64,000 bases of DNA, from NCBI GenBank assembly GCA_965112155.1, contig OZ218101.1, one strand, 5' to 3'. The notes beneath the pieces are model-generated. The model did not search any database and had not been told where the DNA came from. It was given only the letters and a program-made list of their open reading frames with translations. Source of the DNA: Podarcis liolepis (lineage: Eukaryota). Position 1 is the first letter of the stretch; each line of letters starts with the position of its first letter. A program made the translations under genes and the position numbers. Of the stretch, positions 38,751 to 52,790 are shown in pieces.

Positions 38751-40986
38751 AGACTGAGAGATAGTTACAGGCAAAACTACTTCCTAAGCCAGATCTACAG
38801 GCAGAGCCTGTCACATATTTTCCCTAGTCCTTCCCTTTTCTACCCATCAGAGCAGGTAGGGGCAGTGATAAGATAAAATAATACAGAAGCTACCAAGATT
38901 TGTTATCCCTTCCACTTCATAAATTTAAGATTTTTGTGCAAGTGCAATACCTAGTACTTCACATTTTAATATATTCAAACAAAAGTAGAGTTAAATGTAG
39001 ACTCATTGAATATTGGCATCTTATTTTAAGCCTCAACAGAGAGTAATGTTAATGAACCATGATGTGTACTAGCTTCAAGAGACTGCTCCCAGCATTCCAA
39101 TATACCGAATGTTCTGTTCTTAATAATTTCACAATATATTTGCACATTCCAGATTTGTTTCATTTCATCAGAGTTCTATATACTATTCAAAAGAGCCAGG
39201 AAATGCTCAATAAGAACTGTGTGGTGGAAAATGTGTGTGATGCATACACAAGGTTCTAGATTGTTGCCTTTAATTACTGCTTTAATTTTAGTTTTAAAAG
39301 AATTGTAATCAACCATAAAGAAGAAAAAGCACTCTACTGTCTAAACATGGACTGGGAAGACGTGACTGGCTGTGGTTTTATATGACATGTGACAATCTAC
39401 ATACAGAGTTGCCAGCCAATTTATTCATGGAAGCGATTAGCATGTAGGAATATTGCCATACTTAAAGAGTATTTTTTGTTTTCCACACACAAGCTGTTTG
39501 ATTACACACTTGCTCATGAGGCTAAAAACAATGCAACAGTTTGGGAACACTATTCACTGAGGAACATTTGGGCTCATACATGACATTTAAGGAAGGCTGC
39601 CAGATCTTTTGTTCATACAGTATTGCACACCATCCTGAAGTCTTAAAAATATCAGCTGCATGAAATTTCTTGTGTGCACTATTTTGCACCTGGATGAAAC
39701 AAACAGATTGGATCTTGTCATAATTTGCATACCTGTTTGACAAAAAAACCCTTTGTCCGATAATGCAACATCAAAATTGAAACTCAGTCCTAAACTTAAT
39801 ATCGTATGATAATCATTCACACAAGCACACACACTAAAATAGAACTAATAATTAACTTGCAAATACAGTTTCCAAAGGCAGTACAGGGAACAACCATTTT
39901 GTGCGCGACAAAGGTGTGTGCACGACTTTCAGGTCTGGACTTTCAGGAGCAGAACGGGCTTACATATGACCGCTGGCATGCAAGATGACTTGGAATGCAA
40001 CCCCCACACCAACAGGGAGTACTGTAACAGTTTTACAAATTTATAGTTTTGCCAAACTGGATTTGATTACTAGTGCATGGAAGATAGATGATTGCAGATC
40101 ACTGCTAGACTACCAAATGGACCACAAGTGAATTTATAGTGGACTACCCTGTGTGGTATGGTTGCTAGGACGCTTGTAATGAAATTCCAGACTTGGTGAA
40201 ACTTTGTTAGATGCAGAAAGGTGCTTCCCCCATGGATCACTCAGCATTTATGCTTTAACTGTTAAAATAACCTCATTCTTGCTATGCAAATACAATATAT
40301 CATTGGAGCACTGGGATTTTAAATTTAAAGATTTTAGAAAAAAATGATACTAGCACACTCTCACTAGAATTTGGTACAATTCCAGTATAAGCATTACCAT
40401 GGGTAATATACTATGGATATGTCCCCCCCTCCCCACTTAAAGAAGTTTTTCCTCCAACTTGTTTTATCTACATCCTCTTAACAAAGTCCAGGAGATGGAT
40501 TGTTTTGAAATAAAATAAAGATAAGCCTGAAGAAATAATAGATATTGCAATTATTGAGAGAACTTATCTTTAGTAATTTGGAGAATATTGATCTAATTCC
40601 AATTTTCCTTGCAAAGGAATAGTTTCTCAACTCCAGACCATATGATTTTGTATTTTGCTTATTTAGTTTGGCAGTACCATTTATACTGGGTTATAACAGG
40701 AAGGCTTAGATACTGCACAGGGATGTTTGTTTTCCTGGCCATTTACACGGGAGAACGGCTGTGCTACATAAACTTTAACAGCTTCCTTGGCTGGTCAACT
40801 TGCTGAGAAGCAACCCTAATGAGAATACTGAAGGGAGTAAGAGAACCAGCTTCTACAAGGAGGAAAAACATGGTATTCTTACGGCCCCCAAGATATGACA
40901 CAACAGAAAACAAATGTTTCCAACTGAAAGTATCAACATCTGCATCACCAAAAGCCATGGGATTGTTTTGTCATATCTGTTACACC

Positions 40987-41120
40987 TAGGGTGGCCATCT
41001 TTTGAACAGCAAAAAAGAGGAAACAATTGCAGACGTCTACTTTTAACCATGAATCACTATGATGACTCTACCCATAAAAAAAGGATGTGTCCTGGAAAAA
41101 GAGGACATATGGCAACCCTG
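40987..41120. mobile_element. hAT (Blackjack-like) MITE, decayed
   Basis: TAGGGTGGCCAT...ATGGCAACCCTG termini with internal aaaagagga motifs. Confidence 0.65.
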
Positions 41121-41979
41121 CACATCCTATAATATATATAGAATGACAACAAGAGGGCTATCAGTGAGGGCAGGGAAACCTCAGGATCAAACCTATTCCC
41201 CAAATCTTTAGAAAAATGCAGTACAGTATAATTGTCCTTGCCAGAGGACAGAGGAGTGGCAAAGAATGCTCCTACCCTGGGCCAGAGGTTTACAATCAGT
41301 AGTGGCTGGTGGGGCTCCATTGCGCTCTTGGCTTCCATCGGTTAGCAACAGTGACCCGTTGTGTGGGAAAGCCAAGACAGCAGTGGAGCCCCACCACCAA
41401 CACCCCACTGGCTGCCACTGTTTATAACACTAAAAGAAGTCTATGTAGAGGCCAATGATATTATAAGTGGAAAGCTCTGGAAAGCAGCCGGAACAAATTT
41501 TCAGACTGGAAGCTTAAATAATTTTATGCCTTTGGATATCAGCAAGACTAAAAACTGTGGAAGAGAATCTCTCATGTGACAGATGTTCTTCAGAACACCT
41601 GGAGTTATCCAAGTTAGGGCTAAACCAAAACCACTGATTTTTTTACACTGCCATTTTTTTGCTCAAAACTCATTATCTTGGCAATTTCTTAATGGTTCCT
41701 GAGAAAACGTTCATTTAACCGTTACATTGCCTTCGCTTTAAATTGCCCTCAGGGAAACCATCACATAGTCAAATATGAATGAAGCAGAAAGATAAGAGTG
41801 GTGGTTGCTGAGGTCACACTAATCACTGGAAATGTATGTATTCATCCAACAAATTTATTGGCTTTTTTCCCTAATGCAAGACACATGATAAAAGCAACCT
41901 ATTAAAATACTACAATAACTGGGATATTTCCTTAATTCTTTGCTGAAATCTTTGTTGGTATCAAGAACATGCTCTGACC

Positions 41980-42115
41980 CTGGCATAGGCAAACTCGGCC
42001 CTCCAGATGTTTTTGGCCTACAACTCCCATGATCCCTAGCTAACAGGACCAGTAGTCAGGGGTGATGGGAATTGTAGTCTCAAAACATCTGGAGGGCCGA
42101 GACTGAGCAAGCCTG
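41980..42115. mobile_element. hAT MITE of the 4252-4387 family with non-matching termini
   Basis: The body is nearly identical to 4252-4387. Left end is CTGGCATAGGCAAACTCGG and right end is CCGAGACTGAGCAAGCCTG. Confidence 0.85.
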
Positions 42116-43985
42116 GCTTAGATTATTAAATCTCTTTAAAGCAAATTAATGGAAAAGTAAATTTCAATGGCTATTAGCTATATGCAAAATAAAATCAAGC
42201 TCTCGAAGAAAACAACAGGATATAACTAGCAGAAGCAGCTCACCACCATGGCTTGCATACAAAAGGTGCCATGTTAAATCCCTGGGCTCCTCCATATATG
42301 ACTTTAAAAACACTTTCTGAAATCCTGGAGAGCCACTGGTATGTGGTGTAACACTGAGCTGGATGGATCAACCACCTGACATAATATAAGGGGATCCTAC
42401 AAGAAGTACTTCCACTTGCCCACACATTTGTTGAGCCAAATGGGGATTCTGTCCTGGGAGACTGACACTGGCATCACTCCACTTTGTTGGAGAGACTCCT
42501 TGGCCCAATCCATACCCCCACCCTTGGCCTGGTGCAAAGGGGATGTACCGGTAGATTGTAGCCATAGACAGCAAAATACTTTGTGGTGTTTTCAACAGTT
42601 TTCCTTTACAATGCATGCATGAAGATCAAAATAATGTATGACTTCTTTTTTATTTTTGGCAGGGAAAGACTACTTGTTAACTACACATTAATAACACTAG
42701 TATTCTTTTTTTACACGTCTCAATAATTCAGTATTTAACTATCCTTTAAAAATGTTACAAGACTTGTCTTTCATAGCAGTATCATGCTAACTATTTCAGT
42801 CTGCAGCAACTGTTGCCTGCCAGTTCTCAATGTTTCATATTAGTGAGCATAATAGAATATTATGGAAGCCTAATTGGCAGAAGTGAGCAATCTGATTGGC
42901 TGAGTCATACAGCTTTCTAATTTTTTTAGCATAATATATATTTCAGCATGGGCATTTTACAGCCATTATGAAACTATAAGGTCAACCAGGCCTCTGAAAG
43001 CCTGACCAAAAACTAAGATGCAAGAGAACTTACGTATTCAGGGATAAAATCTCAAGCAAGCAAATGCATCTGTTGTAGAAATTAGTATTTAATATATATT
43101 GTAAAATATGCTTTCTGTACAGCTAGTTTCATAATTCAGCACTTATGTTACCCTGCATTGCTCCAAAATCCATGTGGGATACAGTGAAATTTGGATCAAG
43201 GAATGTTGTACATATGGTCTTAATTGCATTTTGCAATAAAGCCAGGGTCCAACATAAAGAATTTTTCCCCAAAAAAGCCAGCTTGCAAACTGGGGCTTTC
43301 ATGTCAAGCTTTCCAATAAAAAAGCAGCAGCAGATGTGGCTTTGGCGATTAACTTGGTTAGGACATTTCCCCTCTCCAATCTGCCCACACCCAGCAAATG
43401 CCACATATCTCTATGAAAACATCAGTTTCTGTTGGGGAAACATGTAGAGACCTTCTTAATTGTCTCTAAGAAGCTGATGAAGGACACATGTTAATTACTG
43501 TTATCTTAAAGGTTTGGTGATCATTTAGTTTATCCTGTGCCTGAAATACTGTTCTACGGTAAATGCTAGCCTTTGCTTCAGAATATTAAGGTTTAGTACA
43601 GCGGAAACACTTTGAATAAGATAACCATTCTGGCTATTAACCATTTATCAAAACATTGTAATAGAGTTACTACTGTCTGGAGTGTATCCTATGATATATT
43701 TTTATTTTAGATATTTATTAAATTTATATACCAACCTTCAGCAAAAGATCTCAGGGCAGTTCACAGAATGATGTGAGTGAAAAGCAGTTTGCTTAACCAA
43801 ACTCTCTCTCTTTCCTTTCTCCTCATGTGCACACACCACCCCCAGAAGTCATGCCCAGAAATTTGGAGTGCCTTTCTGAGCAGTGTGCTTTCACGAGCAT
43901 AAATGGGGGGAGAGGGGAGATAACTGAATTTGGGTGTAAGTTTCTTGAACCACTTAAATTCCATTCATGCCAGGTTGTTCTAATT

Positions 43986-44122
43986 CAGGCTTCCTCAACC
44001 TCAGCCCTCCAGATGTTTTTGGCCTACAACTCCCATGATCCCTAGGCTAGCAGGACCAGTGGTTGGGGATCATGGGAATTGTAGTCTAAAAACATCTGCA
44101 TGGCCGAGGTTGAGGAAGCCTG
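43986..44122. mobile_element. 137-bp palindromic hAT MITE
   Basis: CAGGCTTCCTCAACCTC...GAGGTTGAGGAAGCCTG. TSD TTCTAATT / TTCTTATT. Confidence 0.92.
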
Positions 44123-44959
44123 TTCTTATTTCAGTTTATTTCTAGCAAACACAGTAGTAACCTGCAACACAGTCCACACTGTTCATAACCCCCTTTTCCC
44201 TCAACTCTTTGGTGAGGTTTGTTAGAAGTGGAGGAAAGATGAAAAAGCCTTCCAATCATCAGATACAACCATATGTAAATATTTTACCCTCCACATTTCA
44301 TTCATGGGATCCAAATACACAAGATCATTTGCTAAAAGATTTAATGCAATAAGCACAAAAAAGAATAATCTTGTGCAGAGAAAGATTCTATAGAATTTTC
44401 CACAGAAGGGATCCTCAAGACAGGAACAGGGAGCGAGACATGACTCTTTGTACCCTAGGATGCCACTACCTATTCTTTACATATGAAAACTATATCTAAA
44501 CACATAAGAATCTCCAACCCATTCCTGAACATACAAATAGATGTATACAAAAAGAAGATTGCTAACAGTCTTTACAAATGTATGCTCTTGGCTCAAGACA
44601 ATGGCCTATACCTCTGAAGACTGAAGTCATACAAAAGTTTACTCCCAAGCAATGATATTCTTGACGGAGGAAATACAATATGCACTTAAATAAAGCTACT
44701 AGAAACCATGATTGTAAACAGATCATAAAAATAATCCATGCTTGATAAGAACTCCACCTTCAGAACATTTTTTAAAGATTGTAATCACATGGCAAATACA
44801 CAAATCTACTCAATAAGATATTTATGTAAAATAAGGGAAACCACAATTTCTGAGCTCATGAGTTATTGCCTATTACTTATTAATCACAGAAGTTTGTTAC
44901 ATATTTTTAGCATCTGGAACTGTTTGTAATTTATTACTTAAATCTTATATTCTAGTTAC

Positions 44960-44966
44960 AGAGAGA

Positions 44967-45008
<42 letters not shown>
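44960..45008. repeat. (GA)n microsatellite
   Basis: Read directly from the sequence. Confidence 0.95.
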
Positions 45009-45012
<4 letters not shown>

Positions 45013-46145
45013 AAGTCTAATGGTAACTTTACTAGGCCTGCTATTTTTAAACAAAAAGGAGGAACTATTAATTTTGACCTAAAACTACTATCAAGCCTAG
45101 TACATTTTATACCAGAAATTAAGAGAACTTGTACTTTCATTTTGTTTGGTCACTTTATTAGATTTGACAGCGACAAACAGGAAGAGAAAGCTAATAAACT
45201 ACCCTTTATGCTTCTCCAACATGTAGAAGCATTGTTTCCTACTGAGATATCAGTGGTCAGTTCTGATCACCAACAATGCATATCCAAATACATATAACAT
45301 TCCATTCTTATGAACTGGCATTTCTACCCATTTTAGACTTCATATAGTATCAGCATAGAAAACACAATCTTTATTATTCAATTTACACTATAATAAAACC
45401 AGACCTGGCAACTTCTAATTCTTCCTATTTATTATTCATTGGGGCAATTTCTCTCTTTCTGACTGATTACTTTCAGAAACCATGGGTTGTATGCAATGAT
45501 AGTCTTACTTGAGTATCTTAGGCACATTAATTTCAATAGTTAGATTCAACCCAATACAACAAGTAAAAAGTAACCTTTACCAAGGTATAATTCAGAATAT
45601 TAGTGTTTCACCCACAGAAGGCTTTGTTGAATACTTTAAACCAGTTTTGTGGACTAGATTGGCAATAAGATTTCACACATAAAATTTTAGCATGGTATAA
45701 TAAAGGATTGCCCTCAAATTTCACTTCTAAGCTAATGTTAGAATCAGTATCAGTGAAACTAAACAAGAACAGAAAAGTGAAAAAACAGGTCTCTGGCAAA
45801 CAAATATGTACTTATCTCTGCTTCCTAAACTTCTGTATTTTGTTTTATTACACTAGTATTCTGTTCTTTGTTCAAGCATATTGAAGCAGCAAACTCATAG
45901 TCTTGGATCCACTCACTTAACTGAATGCCATTCACAGATGGGCTTTCTGTGCCTCTCCAGAAATCTAGTACTTCTGAGGATTGGTATATTGTCCCAGACA
46001 AAATGGTATGTTGGGCAGTAGGATGGAGTGGGCATTGGTTGCTTTATAATATATTTGTAGGTGCTGTTCAATTTTCAAGCTTTTTCTCAGCCCATTTCCT
46101 AAGAGGATGTTTCCATCTCTCAAAAGACTTCTGTACCTTTAAGGC

Positions 46146-46510
46146 TGTTGTAGCCCTGTCAGAGTCCTGTTGCCTAGCAAGCAGGGGCTAGGAGTCTCTA
46201 AAGAACACTTGCCTGAGAGCAGAATCCACATATGAAGTCAGACAGTCCAGAGGTTTGGGAATCCAGATGATCATAGAGCCAAGAGTCCCAATGGAGAGCA
46301 GGAAGCAGCAAGATAGACCCAGGAACCACAAGTGTTATTTCCAGCATCTGACTGCTGCTGAAAGCTCTGTTTAAGAAGTCTGAAGCCAGCTGGTTCTCAT
46401 CAGTGCCTTCTCCTGTCCTTGAAGGCTGATTAGCTACAGGTGGAGTTATTCTGCTTTCTCCCCTTTCAGGCTGCTGTTTTGCAGGTGAAGTTGACTCCTA
46501 GCCCATGACA
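46146..46510. mobile_element. Possible Gypsy-like solo LTR, 365 bp
   Basis: TGTTGTAG...CCATGACA termini and a GC-richer block than the flanks. Flanks AAGGC / CTGGC match only 3 of 5. Confidence 0.45.
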
Positions 46511-47591
46511 CTGGCTTCCAAGGTATGTAGGTAGGTTAGGTTTTTTTACATCAGTCCATTCTCAGTGTGTAGAAGGTTGGATAAATGGAAATTCTGTTAG
46601 TATTTGAATATAAATGTAGCTGCTTTAAAATCCTCTGCATGTTATTATATGTCTTTGGCTATGTGGTAATATGTAGTCACCACTGCCAAATAGAAGAGTT
46701 CTTTGTACTCTATCCCAAATACTCTGTAACATGCCAATTTTCTAGTCTTGTAGTTGGCATTGGCATAAAACCATCTGCTCACATACAGGAAGCCATTACG
46801 CACATAAACATACATATATAGTCAATATTTAAGTGGTGTCCATGTGTCAAACGATCATGCAAAAGTTATGAACGACATAAATATTTTATTTTACATTTTG
46901 TAAGATAAATTATCAGAGATCAGCAACTTGCCCCCATATCCCACCCCATCATCTTGTTACTTGCATCTCAGTTTTGTCTGGAAATGATAGCTAGCAAAGG
47001 CTAACAAATCTGAACATTAGCAGCTCGTTCCTAATTTTAAAGAGAATGTTCCAACCCTCTATTCAAGCTAAGTCCACTTCAAAATGTCAAGCCAAATATC
47101 TTTTTGCTACCAAATACTCTATTTATAAGAGCTACAGTGATGCTTTATTATATCAAGAGCCATGAATAATGGCCCCAGAGTGGTTGGGGTAACCCAGTCA
47201 AATGGGCAGGATATAAAATTTATTATTATTATTATTACTACTACTACCAATTAAAATCAAAACAAAGCTACTCTACAGTCCCTGTATTAAAAAAAATACA
47301 TTCATCTTTCCCTTTTGTGCCACCTTAGCATTTGTCTTTCTGAGACTATTACTAATGGTTTTGGAGGCCTGAACTCAATTGGAAATTCAGAAGAACGTCT
47401 TTGCTGGCATATACTCAGTCTGATTCACACTTGGAACTCCTTTCTATGTACCCTATCATCCGGCAGGCTTTGCCTGGTAAAATTATGTTGCGATCAAGCA
47501 ATGGTTTCTCTTCCAGTTACTCTTGACATCTTTTTGGACAGATTGCATAGGTGTACCACCAATATTCCATTTTCTCTTGATTTCTTCTTTA

Positions 47592-47878
47592 CAGTGGTAC
47601 CTCGCAAGACGAATGCCTCGCAAGACGAAAAACACGCAAGTCGAAAGAGTTTTCCATTTTTTGAGTCATTCCGCAAGACAAATTTCCCTATGGGCTTGCT
47701 TCGCAAGACGAAACGTCTTGCGAGTTCTTGCGAGTTTGTTTCCTTTTTCTTAAAGTCGCTAAGCCGCTAAGCCGTTAATAGCCGCTAAGCCGCTAAGAGC
47801 CGTGCTTCGCAAGACGAAAAAACCGCAAGACGAAGAGACTCGCGGAACGGATTAATTTCGTCTTGCGAGGCACCACTG
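47592..47878. mobile_element. Young CpG-rich Tc1/mariner (Tigger-like) MITE, 287 bp
   Basis: TA|CAGTGGTACCTCGCAAGACGAA...TTCGTCTTGCGAGGCACCACTG|TA, with many internal CGCAAGACGAA motifs. Confidence 0.93.
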
Positions 47879-50292
47879 TATTTTCCTCTAGTATTCTACC
47901 CATAAAGTATCACTATACAGGCACAGTTGACAGTGCCAGATTAACAAATAGGCAGAACAGGGCACCGGCCCATAGGCTCCATGCTTTTTAGGGGCTTTGC
48001 AATAATGGATCAAAATAATATTGATTTGATCTTGAAAGAAAATTACAAGCATTCTTAGTTCAATGTTACCCCACAAGTGGGGCGGGGGGTTTGAATGCTG
48101 AGGGGCCTCCACAGGCGTTAATCTAGTACTGGCTTTTGATTCAGTGTCCAATCATTCCCCTCTCTTTATATCGCTCCCCTTTTCTTCGTTTCTCATAATT
48201 TAACTGTACCAACAAAACTCTCCTTTTCTGGAAAAGCTGTGTCCTTCCCTCTGTTACTCCCACCTGGTTATCCTATGAAGATACTTTGCTACATATTAAC
48301 AACACGATGCTCTTCTGCATTTTTGTAAAAAGTGCTAGTTTCTAGGCTAGCTCTACTAGACCATCTGTCTTATGAGCAAAGAGGTTCCCCCATCACAAGT
48401 CATTAGTGCATGGCTTATTTCCATTACAGAAAAACGTAGTTCTCAGTATTACAGCTTAATTGATTGCTCTGACACTATTTAAACTTAAACTTAAATCATG
48501 CAGTATTTAAACTCCAAACCACTGTTTCCAAAGAAATGTCGTGCTAATTTATAGGACTTTCCCCCCACTTTTCTTATTTCCAACAAAATAAAAACGGGAC
48601 AATGTGTTTCAGATGGATCCAATGGTACTTACTGTAATCCCATATATTTTGTGTCCCTATGCATGCGTGCACACATAGAGACAATTCTATTGGATAAAAT
48701 ACAATGAAAGGCTGCGAAAATGCTAAGGTTCATATGCATTCTGTTCACTTTCTACTTACTTTCATTTAGGAAACATTTAACAATCAGAAAATAATATATA
48801 CCCTGTGTATGAGAGACAATGCATTTAGCGCATTAATTACTGGAGCTTAAGAATTTAAATCTGTATGCATGTGAAATGGATGATTCAGCTTCTAAGTGCT
48901 GCATTAATTCTACACATTACAATGTGGTAAGACAGTCAAATTAAATCTTTTGGAAACAACCCATTCTATTTGCTTACTTTGTGTAGAAACCTCACTATGA
49001 ACAGCTTTAGAATGGAAAGTAAATACTAATTCTTTAAAAGTAAAAATAGGCAGATATTTTATGCATTAGATTTCTTATGTTTCAGTTTTCTAAAAGGAAC
49101 TGTAATATAATCAACATAAAACACATAGTTTCTGTTTTGTTTGCATTGCTTAAAGTAAGCATCCAGTGAACAAGCCACATTCCCCTTAAGGACAATTAGC
49201 TATGAAGGAATTGAGGTGTTCAAAGTTTCTAAGTGTTGAATGAATTATGTACTATTACAAGTCAATTACTTTTCCAGCCTGGTAGCCTTACTGCTTTGGG
49301 TGTGGCTAACAGTCACTTTATTCTGCTTATAGAGACCATCTTCTCTTAGCCAAACAGAACAATTTATTGTTTACTCTGTGGAGCTGACTATTTAAAACAT
49401 GGAGATAAAAAACCATTCAGGCCTTGCTTTTCCATCCTTGTGTCTTTCATATACTAGGGAGGAAACTGAGAAAAGGAGCCAAGCAGAAAAGGTTTGGTAA
49501 AGCTGAAATTATCCAATACACAAAACTGGCAAGGTGCCCCGAAGCAAGCTTCCTCAGTGAAATTCAAATTATAGACTCACATATTTGGTGCATTTTCTCC
49601 CTCCATAGTACAAGTAAGAAGGGGAAAATAATGTAAGAAATTATTGCATAAGATGCAAACTAAGTTGGAGAAAAATAAGCTGCATCACTTACAGGTCTTC
49701 AATATTTTCAGGGGGGAAACATAGGGAAAAACTGAATATTACTTTGGCCAGCTGAGTTTTCACCTCTAACTTTGCAAAAGTAACTTTAAGAATGAAAATT
49801 TGTGAGGAACAATTGGTAAGCAGAAAAGCGCCTGCTAATTCTCTTCATAAAAAGCACCTGTCATGCACACACAGCTTCCATTTCCACCCGAACTGGGCTT
49901 ATTTTATGTGTGAGTCCCACTTGGTGGATAAATTGGTTATAGATACATCTGTAGGAAGGAATCACTGGACAGGAAAAGGTAACACTATATTCTGCTAATC
50001 TATTTTCTCCTATACCAAGGCAAAACATTATTTATCACTATCAGACTTTCTCAGCCTTCCAATGGTCAGAGATTATGGGAATTGTAATCAAAACGTCTGG
50101 CGAGAACCTGATTGGGGAAGGATGTCCATATACTGATACTTTTCCAAGGCCAAGTGCTTCATAATATGAAAACAGCAAAAAATGAAATTATCGAAAAAGA
50201 TGTATAAACAGATACCAAATTATTTATTACAAAAAATTAAACATATATGCAAATTGTCCAGCAGTAAAACCCTAATAGGGTAAATCCTATAC

Positions 50293-50600
50293 CAGGGGTC
50301 AGCAAACATTTTCAACAGGGGGCCAGTCCACTGTCCCTCAGACCTTTTGGGGGGCCGGACTATATTTGGGGGGGGGTGTTGAACAAATTCTTATGCCCCA
50401 CAAATAACCCAGAGATGCATTTTAAATAAAAGCACACATTCTACTCATGTAAAAACACCAGGCAGGCCCCACAAATATTTTAAATAAAAGGGCACATTCT
50501 ACTCATGTAAAAACATGCTGATTCCTGGACCGTCCATGGGCTGGATTTAGAAGGCGAATGGGCCAGATCCGGCCCCCGGGCCTTAGTTTGCCTACCCATG
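50293..50600. mobile_element. Non-autonomous hAT (Charlie group) transposon, 308 bp
   Basis: CAGGGGTCAGCAAAC...GTTTGCCTACCCATG termini. Perfect TSD TCCTATAC (50285-50292 and 50601-50608). Contains an internal tandem duplication. Confidence 0.93.
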
Positions 50601-52283
50601 TCCTATACAATGAATTTCAGCATAATGCTTTTCACTTTAAGCTGAATGTGGTTTGATCTCATCAGTGCCTATATAACATTAAAAATAGAACATATCAAAT
50701 CTGTAAGAATCCATCAATCAAAGGTCAGCACTCTTCTACCTAAAAAGGCCATGTATAAAAAGTAATGCAAATCTATTAAAACAAAACAATAAAAATAAAT
50801 TAATCAAATACATAGTTAAATGGAAAAAAGTCATGACAGCCAGAGAAAACATATTGAAATCAACAGGTTTCTTAGGGGGCCTGTTGAGAGGGTTTCAGAG
50901 ACATACAGTGAGAGGAACAGAGGAAGTGCTTTCCACAGTGCATTCCTCCTTCCAAGACATGGTTAATTCCAAGACTCACTCATCTACACAATGTTCCTTG
51001 TGACAATTCTTTCCCCCTAATATTGAGACTGTTCTTTAGCAGATGGAACTCTTGAGATTAGGTAAAAGTGAATATTATCACAGCCGTGTGTAAAAACATT
51101 GGTTTCTGCCAGTGACTGCAGAGCTCCCTCCCAACTGCTTCTGCTGCTGGAAGATCCCGAAATCAGAGGCTGTGTGATTCATTGAGAATATTCCACTTGA
51201 GAGCTACTGTTGTGCAACCACAAGACTTTTCTGACCTTCTAATGCAATCTATAAAGCTGTAACCACATCTTGTATTTAATGGTAATGGTTTGATGTGATT
51301 CACATGCTGTAAAACATTTGAAGATTCACAGAACAAAGGAAATTAAAATGAGATAAGAGGGGTCCTCGTACCTTTCAGTACAATTATACAAAGACATGTC
51401 ATAATAATTGTTAGCCTAGTAAAATTTTGCATTCTTTATAATTAAAACCTGCAAATCAAATCAGTTTATTGTCAAGCTACCGGTATGTTGTCTTATTCTG
51501 TAGAACATGCTTTGACATATTAGCAAAACATCTTAAGCATCAATTTAGAAACAAGACCTTTAAAAGAGCGTAATTTGCTATAGATCCAATTTCAGTTGCA
51601 CTTCATCTCCTAGTAATAAATGTCTAAGGATGAAACCACACTTCCAGCCAAGTACTTTTATCTTAAGAGTTTATCCAGTAGATCTGTAGCCTATTCATAT
51701 TATATGTGTTGCTATAGTCCTTAAGATACCATTCAAGTCAACAAAATGAAATAACATACCTCACAAAGCCTCAATCTAATTTATTAAATCAAACTTGCTT
51801 CACAGCATAATCGTCAAGAGATCTACTCAGAAGCAAGTCCCACTGAGTACAATGAAAAGTGAATATAGGACTGCTGTCTCAGTTGTTTAATCATTTTAAC
51901 ATACTGTGTTTGGTTATTGATTAAAAATTCCTTTTGTTCAATGTTATGTAACTACTTATGCCTACATGGCGGTCTGCAACAAAACGTATTTCAGTTCAAG
52001 ACTCAGGATACTCCATTACATTCTCCCTCCTCACTCACAAATTTCCATTTGCTCCCACCACTTGTAAGTTAGCATTATGATTGACTGTCAATTATGGGTT
52101 GTTTTAGGACATTCCCCCCAGATGTTTCCTTTCCAAGGCTTTTTGGGGGTGCTGGGTGCACTTTTTTGTACTTTTTGCAAATCATGTACCCAAATCCTAC
52201 ATTACAATGAAAGCATCGTTTAAGGCGGGCAGAGTATTTATATAAAGGGCACCAATTGCTGAGCAAATGTGATATCCCTACAA

Positions 52284-52318
52284 CAGAATCATAGAACTGT
52301 AGAATTGGAAGGGACCAG
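52284..52318 (-). mobile_element. CR1 or CR1-tailed SINE extreme 3' end
   Basis: Reverse strand ggtcccttccaattctacagttctatgattctg. Confidence 0.65.
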
Positions 52319-52524
52319 AAATAGCATTGTCCCAGTCTTGTTTAAAGATCTGTGGGGGAAGCTGTGTTCACTGCCCCCACACCCAATTAAATCTGCAGGG
52401 GTTGGGGACCATGGGCTGCGCTTTCTTTATAGTGTCCATTTGCCTCTGAAGTGAACTTCACTATAGCCCTGCTGCCATTTTATCACCAGGTGTACTTTGG
52501 GGGGAAGGGTGACACACGAGGTAA

Positions 52525-52614
<90 letters not shown>
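52525..52614. repeat. (GT)n/(TA)n compound microsatellite
   Basis: Read directly from the sequence. Confidence 0.95.
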
Positions 52615-52615
<1 letters not shown>

Positions 52616-52721
52616 GCTGTTGTTTTATTTGTATGGAATTTGTCCTGCTTTAATATTATTGTTTGGTTTTGGTTTCAATTATATTTTATGAAACCTCTCT
52701 GCAGCACTCTATTACTTTGCC

Positions 52722-52790
52722 AAACAAAACAAAACAAAACAAAACAAAACAAAACAAAACAAAACAAAACAAAACAAAACAAAACAAAAC
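52722..52790. repeat. (AAAAC)n microsatellite
   Basis: Read directly from the sequence. A shorter array is at about 13337-13366. Confidence 0.95.

Noticed and set aside
47315-47770. 151-aa ORF (and the 152-aa ORF at 14636-15094)
   Set aside because: Both run through MITE or repeat-derived sequence and show no domain signature.
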